A stretch of DNA of 64,000 nt from an uncultured Bacteroidota bacterium (GTDB lineage: Bacteria; Bacteroidota; Bacteroidia; Bacteroidales; GWA2-32-17), in NCBI GenBank assembly GCA_903872185.1, contig CAIQJL010000387.1, forward strand, positions 5,027-69,026, in the 5' to 3' direction. Positions 44,117 through 54,379 of this stretch are shown here, piece after piece. A program made the position numbers and the translations under genes. Position 1 is the first letter of the stretch. Every line of letters begins with the position of its first letter. The notes under the pieces were generated by a model, which had not been told where the DNA came from, searched no databases, and saw only the letters and a list, made by a program, of their open reading frames with translations.

Positions 44117-47100
44117 ATGGTGCTAAAAACAAAAATAAAATACGGTTTATTATTTCTTTTTAGCTTAACAATTTTAAGCTCCAATGCCCAATTCTATAAC
44201 GGCATGCAAATGGACTTTGGTAAAAATAGAGTTCAGTATAAAGAATTTGTTTGGCAATTTTATCGACAAGAAAAATTTGACACTTACTTTTATGTAGGAG
44301 GAAAAAGTCTTGCAGATTTCACAAACACAATTGCAAATAAAAGAATTAATGATTTAGAAAATTATTTTGGATACGTTTTAGAAAAAAGAATTATTTTTCT
44401 GGTTTACAACAACTTATCTGACTTCAGGCAAAGTAATATTGGTCTTATTTCTGGAAACGATCAATACAATATTGGTGGTACAACAAGAATTGTTAATAAT
44501 AAAGTATTTATATACTATGAAGGCGACCATGTAAGATTTCAAAAACAGATTTATGCTGCAATTGCAGAAGTCATGGTTAATGAAATGATTTATGGAAGCG
44601 ATTTCACTGCTAAAGTCACAAATTCAACATTACTTACACTTCCTGAATGGTATTACAAAGGTATTATTTCATATCTATCTGATGATTGGAATGTTGAAAT
44701 AGACAATTACGTTCGTGATGGAATTCTAACCGGTAAATACGAGAAATTTAACAGGCTATCTGGGAATGATGCTATTTACGCAGGACATTCAATCTGGTAT
44801 TTTATTGCACAAAAATTTGGGAAACAAGTAATTCCTAACATTCTATATTTAACAAGAGTAAGTAAAAACAGTGAAAGTGGTTTTTTATATGTGCTTGGGC
44901 TGCCAATGAAATATTTATCATTAGAATGGCTTAATTATTATGACGAAAAATATTATACAGACGAACAACAAAGAGAATTCCCCAAAACAGACAAAGTCAT
45001 TAAACGAGCACAAAAATCTAAAATTTACCAAAACCTAACAGAAAGTCCAGACGGCAGTTATTTTGCTTACCAAACAAATGAAATTGGAAAAAACCGCATT
45101 TATTTAAAAACAAGTAAAGAAAAAAGAGGAAAAAGAATTTTTAGATTAGGACATAGTCTTGATCAGATTTATGATTATTCTTTTCCACTTATGGCATGGC
45201 ATCCTTCTAGTAAAATATTATCATATGTTACAGAAGAAAAAGGAACCATCCGGTTATACTTTTATGACCTAGAAGAGAAAAAAGCTGAGTGGAAAGAAAT
45301 TTTTAATATAGATAAAATTGTAGATTATTCTTTTTCACAAGACGGATTTAATATAGTTATGGCTGCAGTAAAAAATGGGCAAACTGATATTTACGTTTTT
45401 AATAATGCTGCTAATACATTTACTAGAATAACAAATGACCTTGCAGATGATCGTTTTCCAAAATTCATAAACAATTCTAACGAAATTCTTTTTTCATCAA
45501 ACAGAAAAAACGATACCATTGGAATGGATAAAACTACTAATTTTCAAGATGCAACTTATGATATCTTTCAATATGATTATAAAACTAAGTCACCTATTTT
45601 AACTCGAATTACTCAAACCCCATTAAGCAATGAAACATATCCATTTCAAATTAAAAACCACGAATACCTTTATTTAAGTGATGAAAGCGGTATAATAAAT
45701 CGTAATTATGCGAAATTTGACAGTACAATAAATTTTATTGATACTGTAACTCATTTTAGATATTTTACAGAGAGTAAGCCGTTAACAAATTACACTAGAA
45801 ATATATTAGAACAATTTGTAACACCTGGAGGAAGGTCTTATTCAGAAATTTTATATAGAAAAGGAAGGAATTATTTATTTACAGGTGTACCTATTTATTC
45901 ATCAGAAATAAAAAATAAATTAACAAATTACAGAATAGATTTAATTAAAAAGACAGCTGAACTGGATAGCATAAATAAGGCAAAAAAGGTTAAAGAATCA
46001 AGAGGAGATACAGTAATTGTAAATACCATTTTAAATATTCAGTTATATGATACATCGCGTATCGATATTAATAATTACATTTTCGAATTTCAAAAGAATA
46101 AACAAAGAGGGTATTTACCTGTAACAGACAGTGCAAAAGCAACTGTTAAAGCAGATAGCACACAGGTCATCACATTACGACCAAGACTTTACCTTACTTC
46201 ATTTTACACAAATACAGTTGTAAGCCAGGTAGATTTTGGTTTTTTAAGTAACTCCTATCAACCTTTTACGGGTGGTCCGTTTTATTTTAATCCAGGATTT
46301 AACATTTTTTTTAAAGTTGGAACAACAGATGTTTTTGAAGATTATAAAATTACCGGAGGTGTTCGTTTTGCAGGAAATTTTGACAGCAACGAATATTTAT
46401 TAAGTTTCGAAAATTTAAAAAAACGCTTAGACAAACAATTAGTATTTCATCGCTTAGCATTAAATAGTGCAATGGCAAATGCTTTAATAAAAACTCATAC
46501 ACACGAACTACATTATATTTTAAAATATCCATTTAATCAAGTTATGTCAGTAAGGTTAACAACTAACCTTAGATATGACAAGAGCACATTTCTTGCAACA
46601 GATTTAAATACTTTGCAAGCAGCTGATGTCGTTAGCACATGGCTTGGCGCCAAAGCAGAATGGATATATGATAACACAAGAAATAAAGGCTTAAATTTAT
46701 ATTATGGAACCCGTTCTAAAGTATTTTTTGAATCCTACAAACAGATAGACGCAAAAAAATCTAGTTTATTTGTTATAGGTTGTGATTTTCGCCATTATCA
46801 AAAAATACATCGTGAGTTAATTTTAGCATCTCGATTTGGTGCAAGTACATCATTTGGTAACAGAAAACTAATTTATTATTTGGGTAGCGTTGACAACTGG
46901 ATTAATTTAAGTACTAAAGTTCAAACTTTTGACAGGTCAGTATTAATTGACCAAAACCAGAATTACGCATACCAGGCAGTCGCCACTAATATGCGTGGAT
47001 TTACACAAAACATTAGAAATGGAAATAGTTTTGCCGTTTTAAATAACGAGCTACGCTGGCCAATAATAAAATACCTAATGAATAGACCTATCCATAGCGA

Positions 47101-47383
47101 TTTGCTAGAGAATTTTCAATTAATAGGTTTCTTTGATGTAGGTACAGCATGGAGCGGCAGCTCACCTTATAGCAAACAAAATGCATACAATAATGAGATT
47201 ATTAGAAATGGACCAATCACTATTGTTATTGACAAAGATCGTCAGCCTATTGTTTATGGATATGGCTTTGGTTTAAGGAGCAGGCTATTAGGTTATTTTA
47301 TAAGAGCTGATTGGGCATGGGGAATAGAAAACAATGTTATACTACCAAAAATATTTTACCTTTCATTAAGTCTTGATTTTTAA
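44117..47383 (+). CDS. Large outer-membrane protein: MA-peptidase-like (ligands substituted) N-domain + TolB/PD40-like beta-propeller + C-terminal beta-barrel
   Basis: 1088 aa with signal peptide ..LSSNAQ. PD40-like repeats: ESPDGSYFAYQTNEIGKNRIYL, WHPSSKILSYVTEEKGTIRLYFYDL and FSQDGFNIVMAAVKNGQTDIYVFN. The last 400 aa have alternating barrel-like strands and end ..FYLSLSLDF with a terminal Phe. Confidence 0.65.
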   Translation: MVLKTKIKYGLLFLFSLTILSSNAQFYNGMQMDFGKNRVQYKEFVWQFYRQEKFDTYFYVGGKSLADFTNTIANKRINDLENYFGYVLEKRIIFLVYNNLSDFRQSNIGLISGNDQYNIGGTTRIVNNKVFIYYEGDHVRFQKQIYAAIAEVMVNEMIYGSDFTAKVTNSTLLTLPEWYYKGIISYLSDDWNVEIDNYVRDGILTGKYEKFNRLSGNDAIYAGHSIWYFIAQKFGKQVIPNILYLTRVSKNSESGFLYVLGLPMKYLSLEWLNYYDEKYYTDEQQREFPKTDKVIKRAQKSKIYQNLTESPDGSYFAYQTNEIGKNRIYLKTSKEKRGKRIFRLGHSLDQIYDYSFPLMAWHPSSKILSYVTEEKGTIRLYFYDLEEKKAEWKEIFNIDKIVDYSFSQDGFNIVMAAVKNGQTDIYVFNNAANTFTRITNDLADDRFPKFINNSNEILFSSNRKNDTIGMDKTTNFQDATYDIFQYDYKTKSPILTRITQTPLSNETYPFQIKNHEYLYLSDESGIINRNYAKFDSTINFIDTVTHFRYFTESKPLTNYTRNILEQFVTPGGRSYSEILYRKGRNYLFTGVPIYSSEIKNKLTNYRIDLIKKTAELDSINKAKKVKESRGDTVIVNTILNIQLYDTSRIDINNYIFEFQKNKQRGYLPVTDSAKATVKADSTQVITLRPRLYLTSFYTNTVVSQVDFGFLSNSYQPFTGGPFYFNPGFNIFFKVGTTDVFEDYKITGGVRFAGNFDSNEYLLSFENLKKRLDKQLVFHRLALNSAMANALIKTHTHELHYILKYPFNQVMSVRLTTNLRYDKSTFLATDLNTLQAADVVSTWLGAKAEWIYDNTRNKGLNLYYGTRSKVFFESYKQIDAKKSSLFVIGCDFRHYQKIHRELILASRFGASTSFGNRKLIYYLGSVDNWINLSTKVQTFDRSVLIDQNQNYAYQAVATNMRGFTQNIRNGNSFAVLNNELRWPIIKYLMNRPIHSDLLENFQLIGFFDVGTAWSGSSPYSKQNAYNNEIIRNGPITIVIDKDRQPIVYGYGFGLRSRLLGYFIRADWAWGIENNVILPKIFYLSLSLDF

Positions 47384-47387
47384 CAAT

Positions 47388-47762
47388 ATGAAAATGGGAT
47401 TGACAGAATTATTTTCGCTAATTTTCATAGGCCTAATTGCCGGTATTTTTGGCGGCATGTTTGGATTAGGAGGTGGTATTATAGTTATTCCAGCATTGGT
47501 AATGTTTATGGGCTTTACACAACATCAGGCACAGGGCACAAATTTAGCTTTTATGTTAGCACCTATTGGACTTCTTGCAGTAATGAATTATTACAAAAAT
47601 GGATATGTAAACTTTAAGTATGCTATAATTTTAGCTTTAGCATTTTTTATTGGTGCATATTTAGGTTCATTATGGTCAGTTCAAATACCAGATAACATAC
47701 TAAAAAGAATTTTTGGAGGGGTAGTAATTATTATAGGTTTAAAAATGATTTTAGGAAAATAA
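47388..47762 (+). CDS. Short TauE/SafE (DUF81)-family membrane protein
   Basis: The ORF track starts at 47373, overlapping the upstream gene; ATG 47388 gives MKMGLTEL. Motifs: GLIAGIFGGMFGLGGGIIVIPALV and QAQGTNL. Confidence 0.75.
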   Translation: MKMGLTELFSLIFIGLIAGIFGGMFGLGGGIIVIPALVMFMGFTQHQAQGTNLAFMLAPIGLLAVMNYYKNGYVNFKYAIILALAFFIGAYLGSLWSVQIPDNILKRIFGGVVIIIGLKMILGK

Positions 47763-47763
47763 A

Positions 47764-48954
47764 ATGGATATTTTTAAATTAAACGAACTTGCAGCAAAAT
47801 ATGCTGATAAAGTAATCGAATTCAGGCACCATTTACATGCTAATCCTGAGCTTTCATTTCAAGAAAATGAAACGTCATTATTTATTGCTAATTTTCTAAA
47901 TGAAAATAGAATATCTTTTAAAAATAATATTGCAGGAAATGGCATACTAGCAATTATCGAAGGAAGTAAACCCGGGATAACTATTGCACTTCGTGCTGAC
48001 ATTGACGCTTTACCAATTTCAGAACAAAATAGCTGCTCATACAAATCACAGAATTCTGGCGTTATGCATGCATGCGGACACGATGTTCACACTTCTTCGT
48101 TAATGGGTGTAATGTTAATTTTAAACGAACTTAAATCCGAACTATCCGGTAAATTTTTATTTGTTTTTCAACCTGCCGAAGAAAAACTTCCTGGTGGAGC
48201 AAAACAAATGTTAGATGAAGGTATTTTTAATGAACATAAACCAACACTAATTATTGCACAACATGTAAATCCATCAATGAAAGCAGGAACAGTTGGATTT
48301 AAAAGTGGTATGTATATGGCTTCTACAGATGAAATATATATAACTGTAAAAGGTAAAGGTGGCCATGCAGCAATGCCTCATCAATTAACAGATACTGTTT
48401 TAATTTCATCTCATATTATTGTTGCATTACAGCAAATTGTTAGCCGTAAAGCATTTGCAGCAATTCCTTCTGTACTTTCATTCGGAAAAGTTATTGCAAA
48501 CGGAGCTACTAACATTATACCAGATGAAGTAAATATTGAAGGAACATTTCGCACAATGAACGAGGAATGGAGAAAAGAAGCTTTAAAAGAAATTGAATTA
48601 ATGTCTAAATCTATTGCTAAAAGCATGGGTGGAGATTGCGATGTTCGTATTATGCACGGATACCCAAGCTTAATTAATAACGAAAATATAACTGAAAAAT
48701 CAAGAAAATTTTCTCAGGAATATATAGGTACGGAAAACGTAATTGACATGGATATTAGAATGACTGCCGAAGATTTTTCATATTTTGCTCAGGAATATCC
48801 TGCAACAATGTACAGATTAGGAACAGCAAATAATAACGAAGATACTAATCATCCTCTTCACTCCTCTCGCTTTAATATTGACGAAAGTGTTTTAGAAATG
48901 ACTCACGGACTTATGGCTTGGATAGCAATTAATTTAACATTAAATACTAAATAA
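47764..48954 (+). CDS. M20-family amidohydrolase (N-acyl-L-amino acid amidohydrolase / hippurate hydrolase-like)
   Basis: 396 aa. Motifs: FRHHLHANPELSFQE, LRADIDALP, MHACGHDVH and FQPAEE. Confidence 0.9.
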   Translation: MDIFKLNELAAKYADKVIEFRHHLHANPELSFQENETSLFIANFLNENRISFKNNIAGNGILAIIEGSKPGITIALRADIDALPISEQNSCSYKSQNSGVMHACGHDVHTSSLMGVMLILNELKSELSGKFLFVFQPAEEKLPGGAKQMLDEGIFNEHKPTLIIAQHVNPSMKAGTVGFKSGMYMASTDEIYITVKGKGGHAAMPHQLTDTVLISSHIIVALQQIVSRKAFAAIPSVLSFGKVIANGATNIIPDEVNIEGTFRTMNEEWRKEALKEIELMSKSIAKSMGGDCDVRIMHGYPSLINNENITEKSRKFSQEYIGTENVIDMDIRMTAEDFSYFAQEYPATMYRLGTANNNEDTNHPLHSSRFNIDESVLEMTHGLMAWIAINLTLNTK

Positions 48955-48967
48955 AGAATAACAGGAA

Positions 48968-50167
48968 ATGAATTACGATGTAATTGTAATAGGAAGTGGA
49001 ATAGTGGGACTGGCATCAGCACTAAAAATTAAAGAACAAAAACCAGAATTAAAAGTATTAATTCTTGAAAAAGAAAATCGAGTTGCAGCACACCAAACTG
49101 GAAATAACAGCGGTGTAATACATTCGGGAATATACTACAAACCAGGAGGTTTAAAAGCATTAAACTGTATAAAAGGATACCAAATGCTCCTCGATTTTTG
49201 CAAAAAAGAAAATATTCCTTTTGAACTTTGCGGAAAATTAATTGTTGCAATAACAAATAGTGAGTTACCTAGATTAGAGGCCCTTTATGAAAGAGGAATT
49301 CAAAATGGGTTGACAGAAATTAAAAAAATATCTGGAGATAAAATTAAAGATTTTGAACCTTACGCAAAGGGTGTTGCAGCTATTTACGTACCTTATACAG
49401 GAATTATTGACTATACTGTTGTTTGTGAAAAAATTGCTGACATTTTTCAAAACCGATATAATGGCGAATTAAAATTCAAGAATAAAGTAATAAACATAAC
49501 AAGAAATAACAACGAGACTAAAGTAATAACAGAATCTGGTGAATTTACTACAAAAGTAGTTGTAAATTGTTGCGGTTTATATTCTGATAAAGTTGCGAAA
49601 TTTACGTTACCAAAACTTGATGTCAAAATAATTCCTTTTAGAGGTGAATATTATACTCTTGCAAAAGAAAGATTGCACCTTGTTAAAAATCTAATTTATC
49701 CTGTACCTGATCCTGCTTTCCCCTTTCTAGGAGTTCATTTTACCAGAAGAATAGATGGAAAAGTAGAAGCAGGGCCTAATGCAGTGTTTGCTTTTAAACG
49801 TGAAGGATACCATAAAACAAGTTTTAAATTATCTGAAGCATGGGAATCGCTTACCTGGAGAGGGTTTCAAAAAGTAATGTTCAGACATTTAAAAATGGGA
49901 TTTGGTGAATATTATCGTTCATTTAATAAAAAAGCATTTACACGCTCACTTAAAACGTTAGTTCCATCTATAACAATAAATGATACAGTAACTGGTGGTG
50001 CAGGTGTTCGTGCTCAGGCATGCACGAGAGCTGGCTCACTTGCCGATGATTTTTTAATTTACGAAAATCCTGGTGTAATTAATGTTTGTAATGCTCCCTC
50101 ACCTGCTGCAACTGCATCACTAGCTATTGGTGAGACAATTGCAAATGTAACATTTAAGCATTTATAA
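48968..50167 (+). CDS. lhgO: L-2-hydroxyglutarate oxidase (FAD-dependent)
   Basis: 399 aa, collinear with E. coli LhgO as I recall it. Matching motifs: DVIVIGSGIVGL, HQTGNNSGVIHSGIYY, IIPFRGEYY, LIYPVPDPAFPFLGVHFTR, GPNAVFAFKREGY and NAPSPAATASL. Confidence 0.92.
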   Translation: MNYDVIVIGSGIVGLASALKIKEQKPELKVLILEKENRVAAHQTGNNSGVIHSGIYYKPGGLKALNCIKGYQMLLDFCKKENIPFELCGKLIVAITNSELPRLEALYERGIQNGLTEIKKISGDKIKDFEPYAKGVAAIYVPYTGIIDYTVVCEKIADIFQNRYNGELKFKNKVINITRNNNETKVITESGEFTTKVVVNCCGLYSDKVAKFTLPKLDVKIIPFRGEYYTLAKERLHLVKNLIYPVPDPAFPFLGVHFTRRIDGKVEAGPNAVFAFKREGYHKTSFKLSEAWESLTWRGFQKVMFRHLKMGFGEYYRSFNKKAFTRSLKTLVPSITINDTVTGGAGVRAQACTRAGSLADDFLIYENPGVINVCNAPSPAATASLAIGETIANVTFKHL

Positions 50168-50248
50168 TTTTTTTAACAATATTTCAGATTACTTAATATC
50201 ATAGAATGATTTATAAGTACTACATTGCGTAAAATTATATTTACATAA

Positions 50249-50887
50249 ATGAATAAATTAGTTATTTCATTACTAGCTGTTCTTTTGATTTTTAGCTTAC
50301 AAATCAAAGCTCAAAAAGACACAATTCCGCAAGACGATTTGCTTGGTTCATTAACATCTGACAGTTCAGTTCAGCAAAAATTACTACCTGATCACATGAT
50401 TTTTACTCAACGACTTTTATGGGGAGAAAAAGGCTTAATGAGAAGTTTTAATGCTTTTGAATTAACACCAGAGAAAAGAGCAAAAGAATTAAAACTTAGA
50501 AGAACAATGTTAGTTACTCACCAGATATTAGGAGCTGTAACTTCATTAGGTATGATTGGTCAGGGCTACGTTGGCTCTAGATTAATTAATGGCGACCAAG
50601 GAATAAAAGATTTACATGAAGGATTGGCTGCGGGAGTAAATATTGGATATTTTACAACCGCCTCACTTTCATTATTCGCTCCCCCAAAAATGTTAAATGA
50701 AAGAAAAGGGTATAGTAGTATAAAAGTTCATAAATATTTAGCAATAATTCATTTGGCTGGTATGATTGCGACAAATATTTTAGCTGATATGACTGAAGGA
50801 AATCTAAAAATGCAGAAAATTCATAGAGCAGTTGCATTTACCACATTTGGTGCATTTCTTGCTGCTGAAGTTGTTATAAAATTTTAA
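50249..50887 (+). CDS. Hypothetical membrane protein with four predicted TM helices, each starting with a His
   Basis: 212 aa. Signal peptide: MNKLVISLLAVLLIFSLQIKAQ. Helices: LVTHQILGAVTSLGMIGQGYVG, LHEGLAAGVNIGYFTTASLSLFA, VHKYLAIIHLAGMIATNILA and IHRAVAFTTFGAFLAAEVVIKF. Confidence 0.6.
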   Translation: MNKLVISLLAVLLIFSLQIKAQKDTIPQDDLLGSLTSDSSVQQKLLPDHMIFTQRLLWGEKGLMRSFNAFELTPEKRAKELKLRRTMLVTHQILGAVTSLGMIGQGYVGSRLINGDQGIKDLHEGLAAGVNIGYFTTASLSLFAPPKMLNERKGYSSIKVHKYLAIIHLAGMIATNILADMTEGNLKMQKIHRAVAFTTFGAFLAAEVVIKF

Positions 50888-50892
50888 ATACC

Positions 50893-51444
50893 ATGAAAAA
50901 TTTAATAATTATTCTAATCACACTGTTTTTTTTCAACTCAAATATTGGGGCACAAACAACAGTAAAATATGGTGCTGATAAAGCTAAATCATATGTAACC
51001 TATGCAATGTCTCACCCCATGCACGACTGGGAAGCAACAAGTAAAAATGTACTTTCAGTTCTTATTTATAATACTGAGGCTAAAAAAATAATTAAAGTTG
51101 CTGTTTCAATTCCAGTATCTACATTCGACAGTCAAAATGCAAACCGTGATTCTCATATGATAGAAGTTCTTGAAGGGTTAAAATTTCAGGCAGTTACTTT
51201 TACTAGCACATCAATAACAGGAGATGATGCTAAATTATCAATAACTGGCAATCTTGTTTTTCACGATGTTTCGAAAACTATAACATTTGAAGCTTCTAGT
51301 AAAACAACCGACACAAGTATTGAAGTTACTGGTGCATTTAATGTAAAAATATCAGATTTCAAAATTGAAAACCCTTCGTTAATGGGCATTCCAACTAATG
51401 ATAATATTGCTTTAAAGTTTTTTGCGGTTTATAATCCGAAATAA
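50893..51444 (+). CDS. YceI-family periplasmic protein
   Basis: 183 aa with a signal peptide. YceI-like motifs: SYVTYAMSHPMHDWEATSK, DSQNANRDSHM, ITGNLVFHDVSKTITF. The start is 5 nt after the upstream stop. Confidence 0.85.
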   Translation: MKNLIIILITLFFFNSNIGAQTTVKYGADKAKSYVTYAMSHPMHDWEATSKNVLSVLIYNTEAKKIIKVAVSIPVSTFDSQNANRDSHMIEVLEGLKFQAVTFTSTSITGDDAKLSITGNLVFHDVSKTITFEASSKTTDTSIEVTGAFNVKISDFKIENPSLMGIPTNDNIALKFFAVYNPK

Positions 51445-51471
51445 AGAAACACTTTAATTAACTTTAATTGT

Positions 51472-52026
51472 CTAATTAATTTTGTAATTTACTGTTTTTA
51501 CAACAATACCTTTTTCATTCCACTCAGTCCAAACTCCTGTTTTTTGTGCATCAATATATTCTCCTGCACTTTGTTTTTTGCCATTTTCGTAAAAATATTC
51601 CCAATACCCCTGCTCTTTGCAATGATGATGATTGCCTTTTTCCTTAATATTGCCATTCACATACCAACGTGTACAAGGGCCAGTCATATAATCATTTTCA
51701 TAAGTAATCTCATTCATTTTATTTCCATTTTCATAATAATCAATCCACAAACCATCAATTTTTCCATCAGTTAATTGTGTCTCATTCATTAACTTTCCAT
51801 TTGCAAACCAGGTTTTATTTGTACCAGTTTCTTTTCCGTTTTTATATTCAATTTCAAGAGTTTTTTTATTATTGCCATTATATGCAATAACTTTTCCAGT
51901 AAAAGGCTCATTTGTACCTTTTAAATAAGTAACTTCATTTTTTGTTTCTATACCATCAAAAGTAACCTCTTGTGAAAACAAATATTGCGAAAACAATATT
52001 AGAATTATTAAAATATTAACTTTCAT
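51472..52026 (-). CDS. Secreted MORN-variant repeat protein (YwqK-family)
   Basis: 184 aa with a signal peptide. Repeated units of the type G.....W..NG....E..Y.NG...G (KTWFANGKLMNETQLTDGKIDG, WIDYYENGNKMNEITYEND, TRWYVNGNIKEKG, WEYFYENGKKQSAGEY). Confidence 0.8.
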   Translation of the reverse strand: MKVNILIILILFSQYLFSQEVTFDGIETKNEVTYLKGTNEPFTGKVIAYNGNNKKTLEIEYKNGKETGTNKTWFANGKLMNETQLTDGKIDGLWIDYYENGNKMNEITYENDYMTGPCTRWYVNGNIKEKGNHHHCKEQGYWEYFYENGKKQSAGEYIDAQKTGVWTEWNEKGIVVKTVNYKIN

Positions 52027-52103
52027 TTAACTTATAATTTTCGTAAAATTAACGAATTATTATAACCTTTGTAATAATTAAAGTCAAATTTATAATATTA
52101 AAA

Positions 52104-54254
52104 ATGTCAAAAAAACCAAGTATAAGAAAAACAGGGCTAAATAAAAAAGCAATAAAAGGCTTAGTTCATGCCCTTTTAAATAATAACCCATCAAAAACAT
52201 ACAATTATAAACAAGTATGCAAACAGCTTGAGATTGATGGAGAATCTGACAAGCAATTAGTAATTCTGGCTTTACAGGATTTAGCAGAGTTTAAAGTTTT
52301 GGAAGAAGTATATACTGGAAAATATAAACTATCATCACCTAAAGGCTATATTACAGGAACAGTAGAATTACGAGGAAATGGTATGGGAATTATTTTGACA
52401 GATGAGATTAATGATGAAATAACCATTTCACAAAAAAATTTAAACCATGCTTTAACCGGAGATATTGTAAAAGTCTATCTATATGCACGCCGTAGACCAG
52501 ATTTACTCGAAGGAGAAGTTGTGGATATCATAAAACGATCAACAAATACTTTTGTAGGAGTAATTGAAATTTCCGGATCATATGCTTTTATGATTCCTGA
52601 TGGTAGAAATATGCCTTATGATATTTTTATTCCATCTCAAAATTTAAATCATGCCAAAAATGGACAGAAAGCTATAGTTAGAATTGAAGAATGGCCAAGA
52701 AAAAGCAAGAGTCCGATTGGTGTTGTAGTCGAGGTTTTAGGTTATGCAGGCGATAACGAAGTTGAAATGCATGCTATACTTGCAGAATTTAATCTTCCGT
52801 CAAAATTTTCAAATGATATTGAAAAAGCTGCAGATAAAATTCCAATTCAAATTACTGCAAAAGAAATTTCAAGCAGACGAGATTTTAGAAATGTAACAAC
52901 GTTTACAATAGACCCTGAAGATGCAAAAGATTTTGATGATGCACTTTCGCTTAAAAAATTAACAAATGGCAACTGGGAAGTAGGTGTTCACATTGCAGAT
53001 GTAACACATTACATAATCGACAACTCAGAATTAGATATTGAAGCATTTAGTCGCGCTACTTCAGTGTATCTTGTTGACAGAGTTGTGCCAATGCTTCCCG
53101 AAAAACTTTCAAATCAATTATGTTCACTAAGACCAAAAGAAGATAAGCTTTGTTATTCTGCAGTTTTTGAAATTGATGAAGACGCAATAATTAAAAACGA
53201 ATGGTTTGGAAGAACAATAATAAATTCCGATAGACGATTTAATTACGATGAAGCACAAAATATTATTGAAACCGGGGAAGGCGATTTCAATAAAGAAATT
53301 CTGACTCTTCAGGACCTAGCAAAAAAACTTCGCACAAAAAGATTTTCAAAAGGTGCAATTGGTTTTGATAAAGTTGAAGTAAAATTTAAACTTGATGAAA
53401 ACGGCAAACCACTTCATGTTTTCTTTAAAATTAATAAAGATTCCAATAAGTTAATTGAAGAATTTATGTTACTTGCCAATAAAAAAGTAGCAGAATTTAT
53501 TGGAAAAAAGAAAGACGAAAAAGCTGTAAAAACTTTTGTTTACAGAATTCACGATAAACCAGACTCAGAAAAACTAAGAACTTTTGCAAACTTTATTAAA
53601 ACATTTGGCTATAAAGTTAATTTTGGATCCGATAAAGCTATTGCAGGTTCTATGAACAAGCTTTTACTAGAACTTGAAGGAAAAGCTGAAAAAAGCATGA
53701 TTGAAAGTCTTGCAATTCGTTCAATGGCAAAAGCAGAATACTCAACAAGTAACATTGGGCACTATGGGTTAGGATTTTCTTACTATACACATTTTACCTC
53801 ACCTATCAGGCGATATCCTGACATGATGGTTCACCGTTTATTAGATTTTTATTTAAATAAAGGAAAATCTGTAAACGCTCAGGAATTTGAAAAAAAATGC
53901 AAACATTCTTCAGAGATGGAACAGATTGCGGCAAATGCCGAAAGAGCTTCCACAAAATACAAGCAAATTGAATACATGAGCGATAAAATAGGAATGGAAT
54001 TCGATGGTGTTATTTCTGGCGTTACTGAATGGGGAATTTATGTTGAAATAGTTGAAAACAAATGCGAAGGAATGATTGCTCTTCGCGATTTAGATGATGA
54101 TTTTTATGTTTTTGATGAAAAGAATTATCTCATTTATGGCAAAAATCAAAAGAAACGTTACAGACTTGGTGATCCGGTAAGAATTGTTGTTTCAAAAATA
54201 AATCTTCAAAAAAGATTTCTAGATTTTAAAATTGTTCCCGATAAAAAACACTAA
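52104..54254 (+). CDS. rnr: Ribonuclease R
   Basis: 716 aa. RNB motifs: TIDPEDAKDFDDALS, HIADVTHY, VYLVDRVVPMLPE and HFTSPIRRYPD. It also has a C-terminal S1 domain (FDGVISGVTEWGIYVEI). Confidence 0.96.
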   Translation: MSKKPSIRKTGLNKKAIKGLVHALLNNNPSKTYNYKQVCKQLEIDGESDKQLVILALQDLAEFKVLEEVYTGKYKLSSPKGYITGTVELRGNGMGIILTDEINDEITISQKNLNHALTGDIVKVYLYARRRPDLLEGEVVDIIKRSTNTFVGVIEISGSYAFMIPDGRNMPYDIFIPSQNLNHAKNGQKAIVRIEEWPRKSKSPIGVVVEVLGYAGDNEVEMHAILAEFNLPSKFSNDIEKAADKIPIQITAKEISSRRDFRNVTTFTIDPEDAKDFDDALSLKKLTNGNWEVGVHIADVTHYIIDNSELDIEAFSRATSVYLVDRVVPMLPEKLSNQLCSLRPKEDKLCYSAVFEIDEDAIIKNEWFGRTIINSDRRFNYDEAQNIIETGEGDFNKEILTLQDLAKKLRTKRFSKGAIGFDKVEVKFKLDENGKPLHVFFKINKDSNKLIEEFMLLANKKVAEFIGKKKDEKAVKTFVYRIHDKPDSEKLRTFANFIKTFGYKVNFGSDKAIAGSMNKLLLELEGKAEKSMIESLAIRSMAKAEYSTSNIGHYGLGFSYYTHFTSPIRRYPDMMVHRLLDFYLNKGKSVNAQEFEKKCKHSSEMEQIAANAERASTKYKQIEYMSDKIGMEFDGVISGVTEWGIYVEIVENKCEGMIALRDLDDDFYVFDEKNYLIYGKNQKKRYRLGDPVRIVVSKINLQKRFLDFKIVPDKKH

Positions 54255-54324
54255 TTTATTTTAAAAGTTAGCCCTAAAATTATTATACTCTAATTCATTA
54301 TAACAAAAGATAAATTTATTTAAA

Positions 54325-54360
54325 CAAAAAAGTTCACTCATTAAATGAGTGAACTTTTTA
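54325..54360. terminator. Bidirectional rho-independent terminator between rnr and azoR
   Basis: The sequence is aaaaaagttcactcat-taa-atgagtgaactttttt: an 11-bp perfect stem flanked by an A-run and a T-run. Confidence 0.85.
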
Positions 54361-54379
54361 ACAATATAATTAAACTATC

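Noticed and set aside
47388-47762. Half-size (124-aa) TauE/SafE protein considered as a possible truncated pseudogene.
   Set aside because: The frame is intact and tightly packed between neighbours. As I recall, short four-TM DUF81 proteins exist as a normal family variant.
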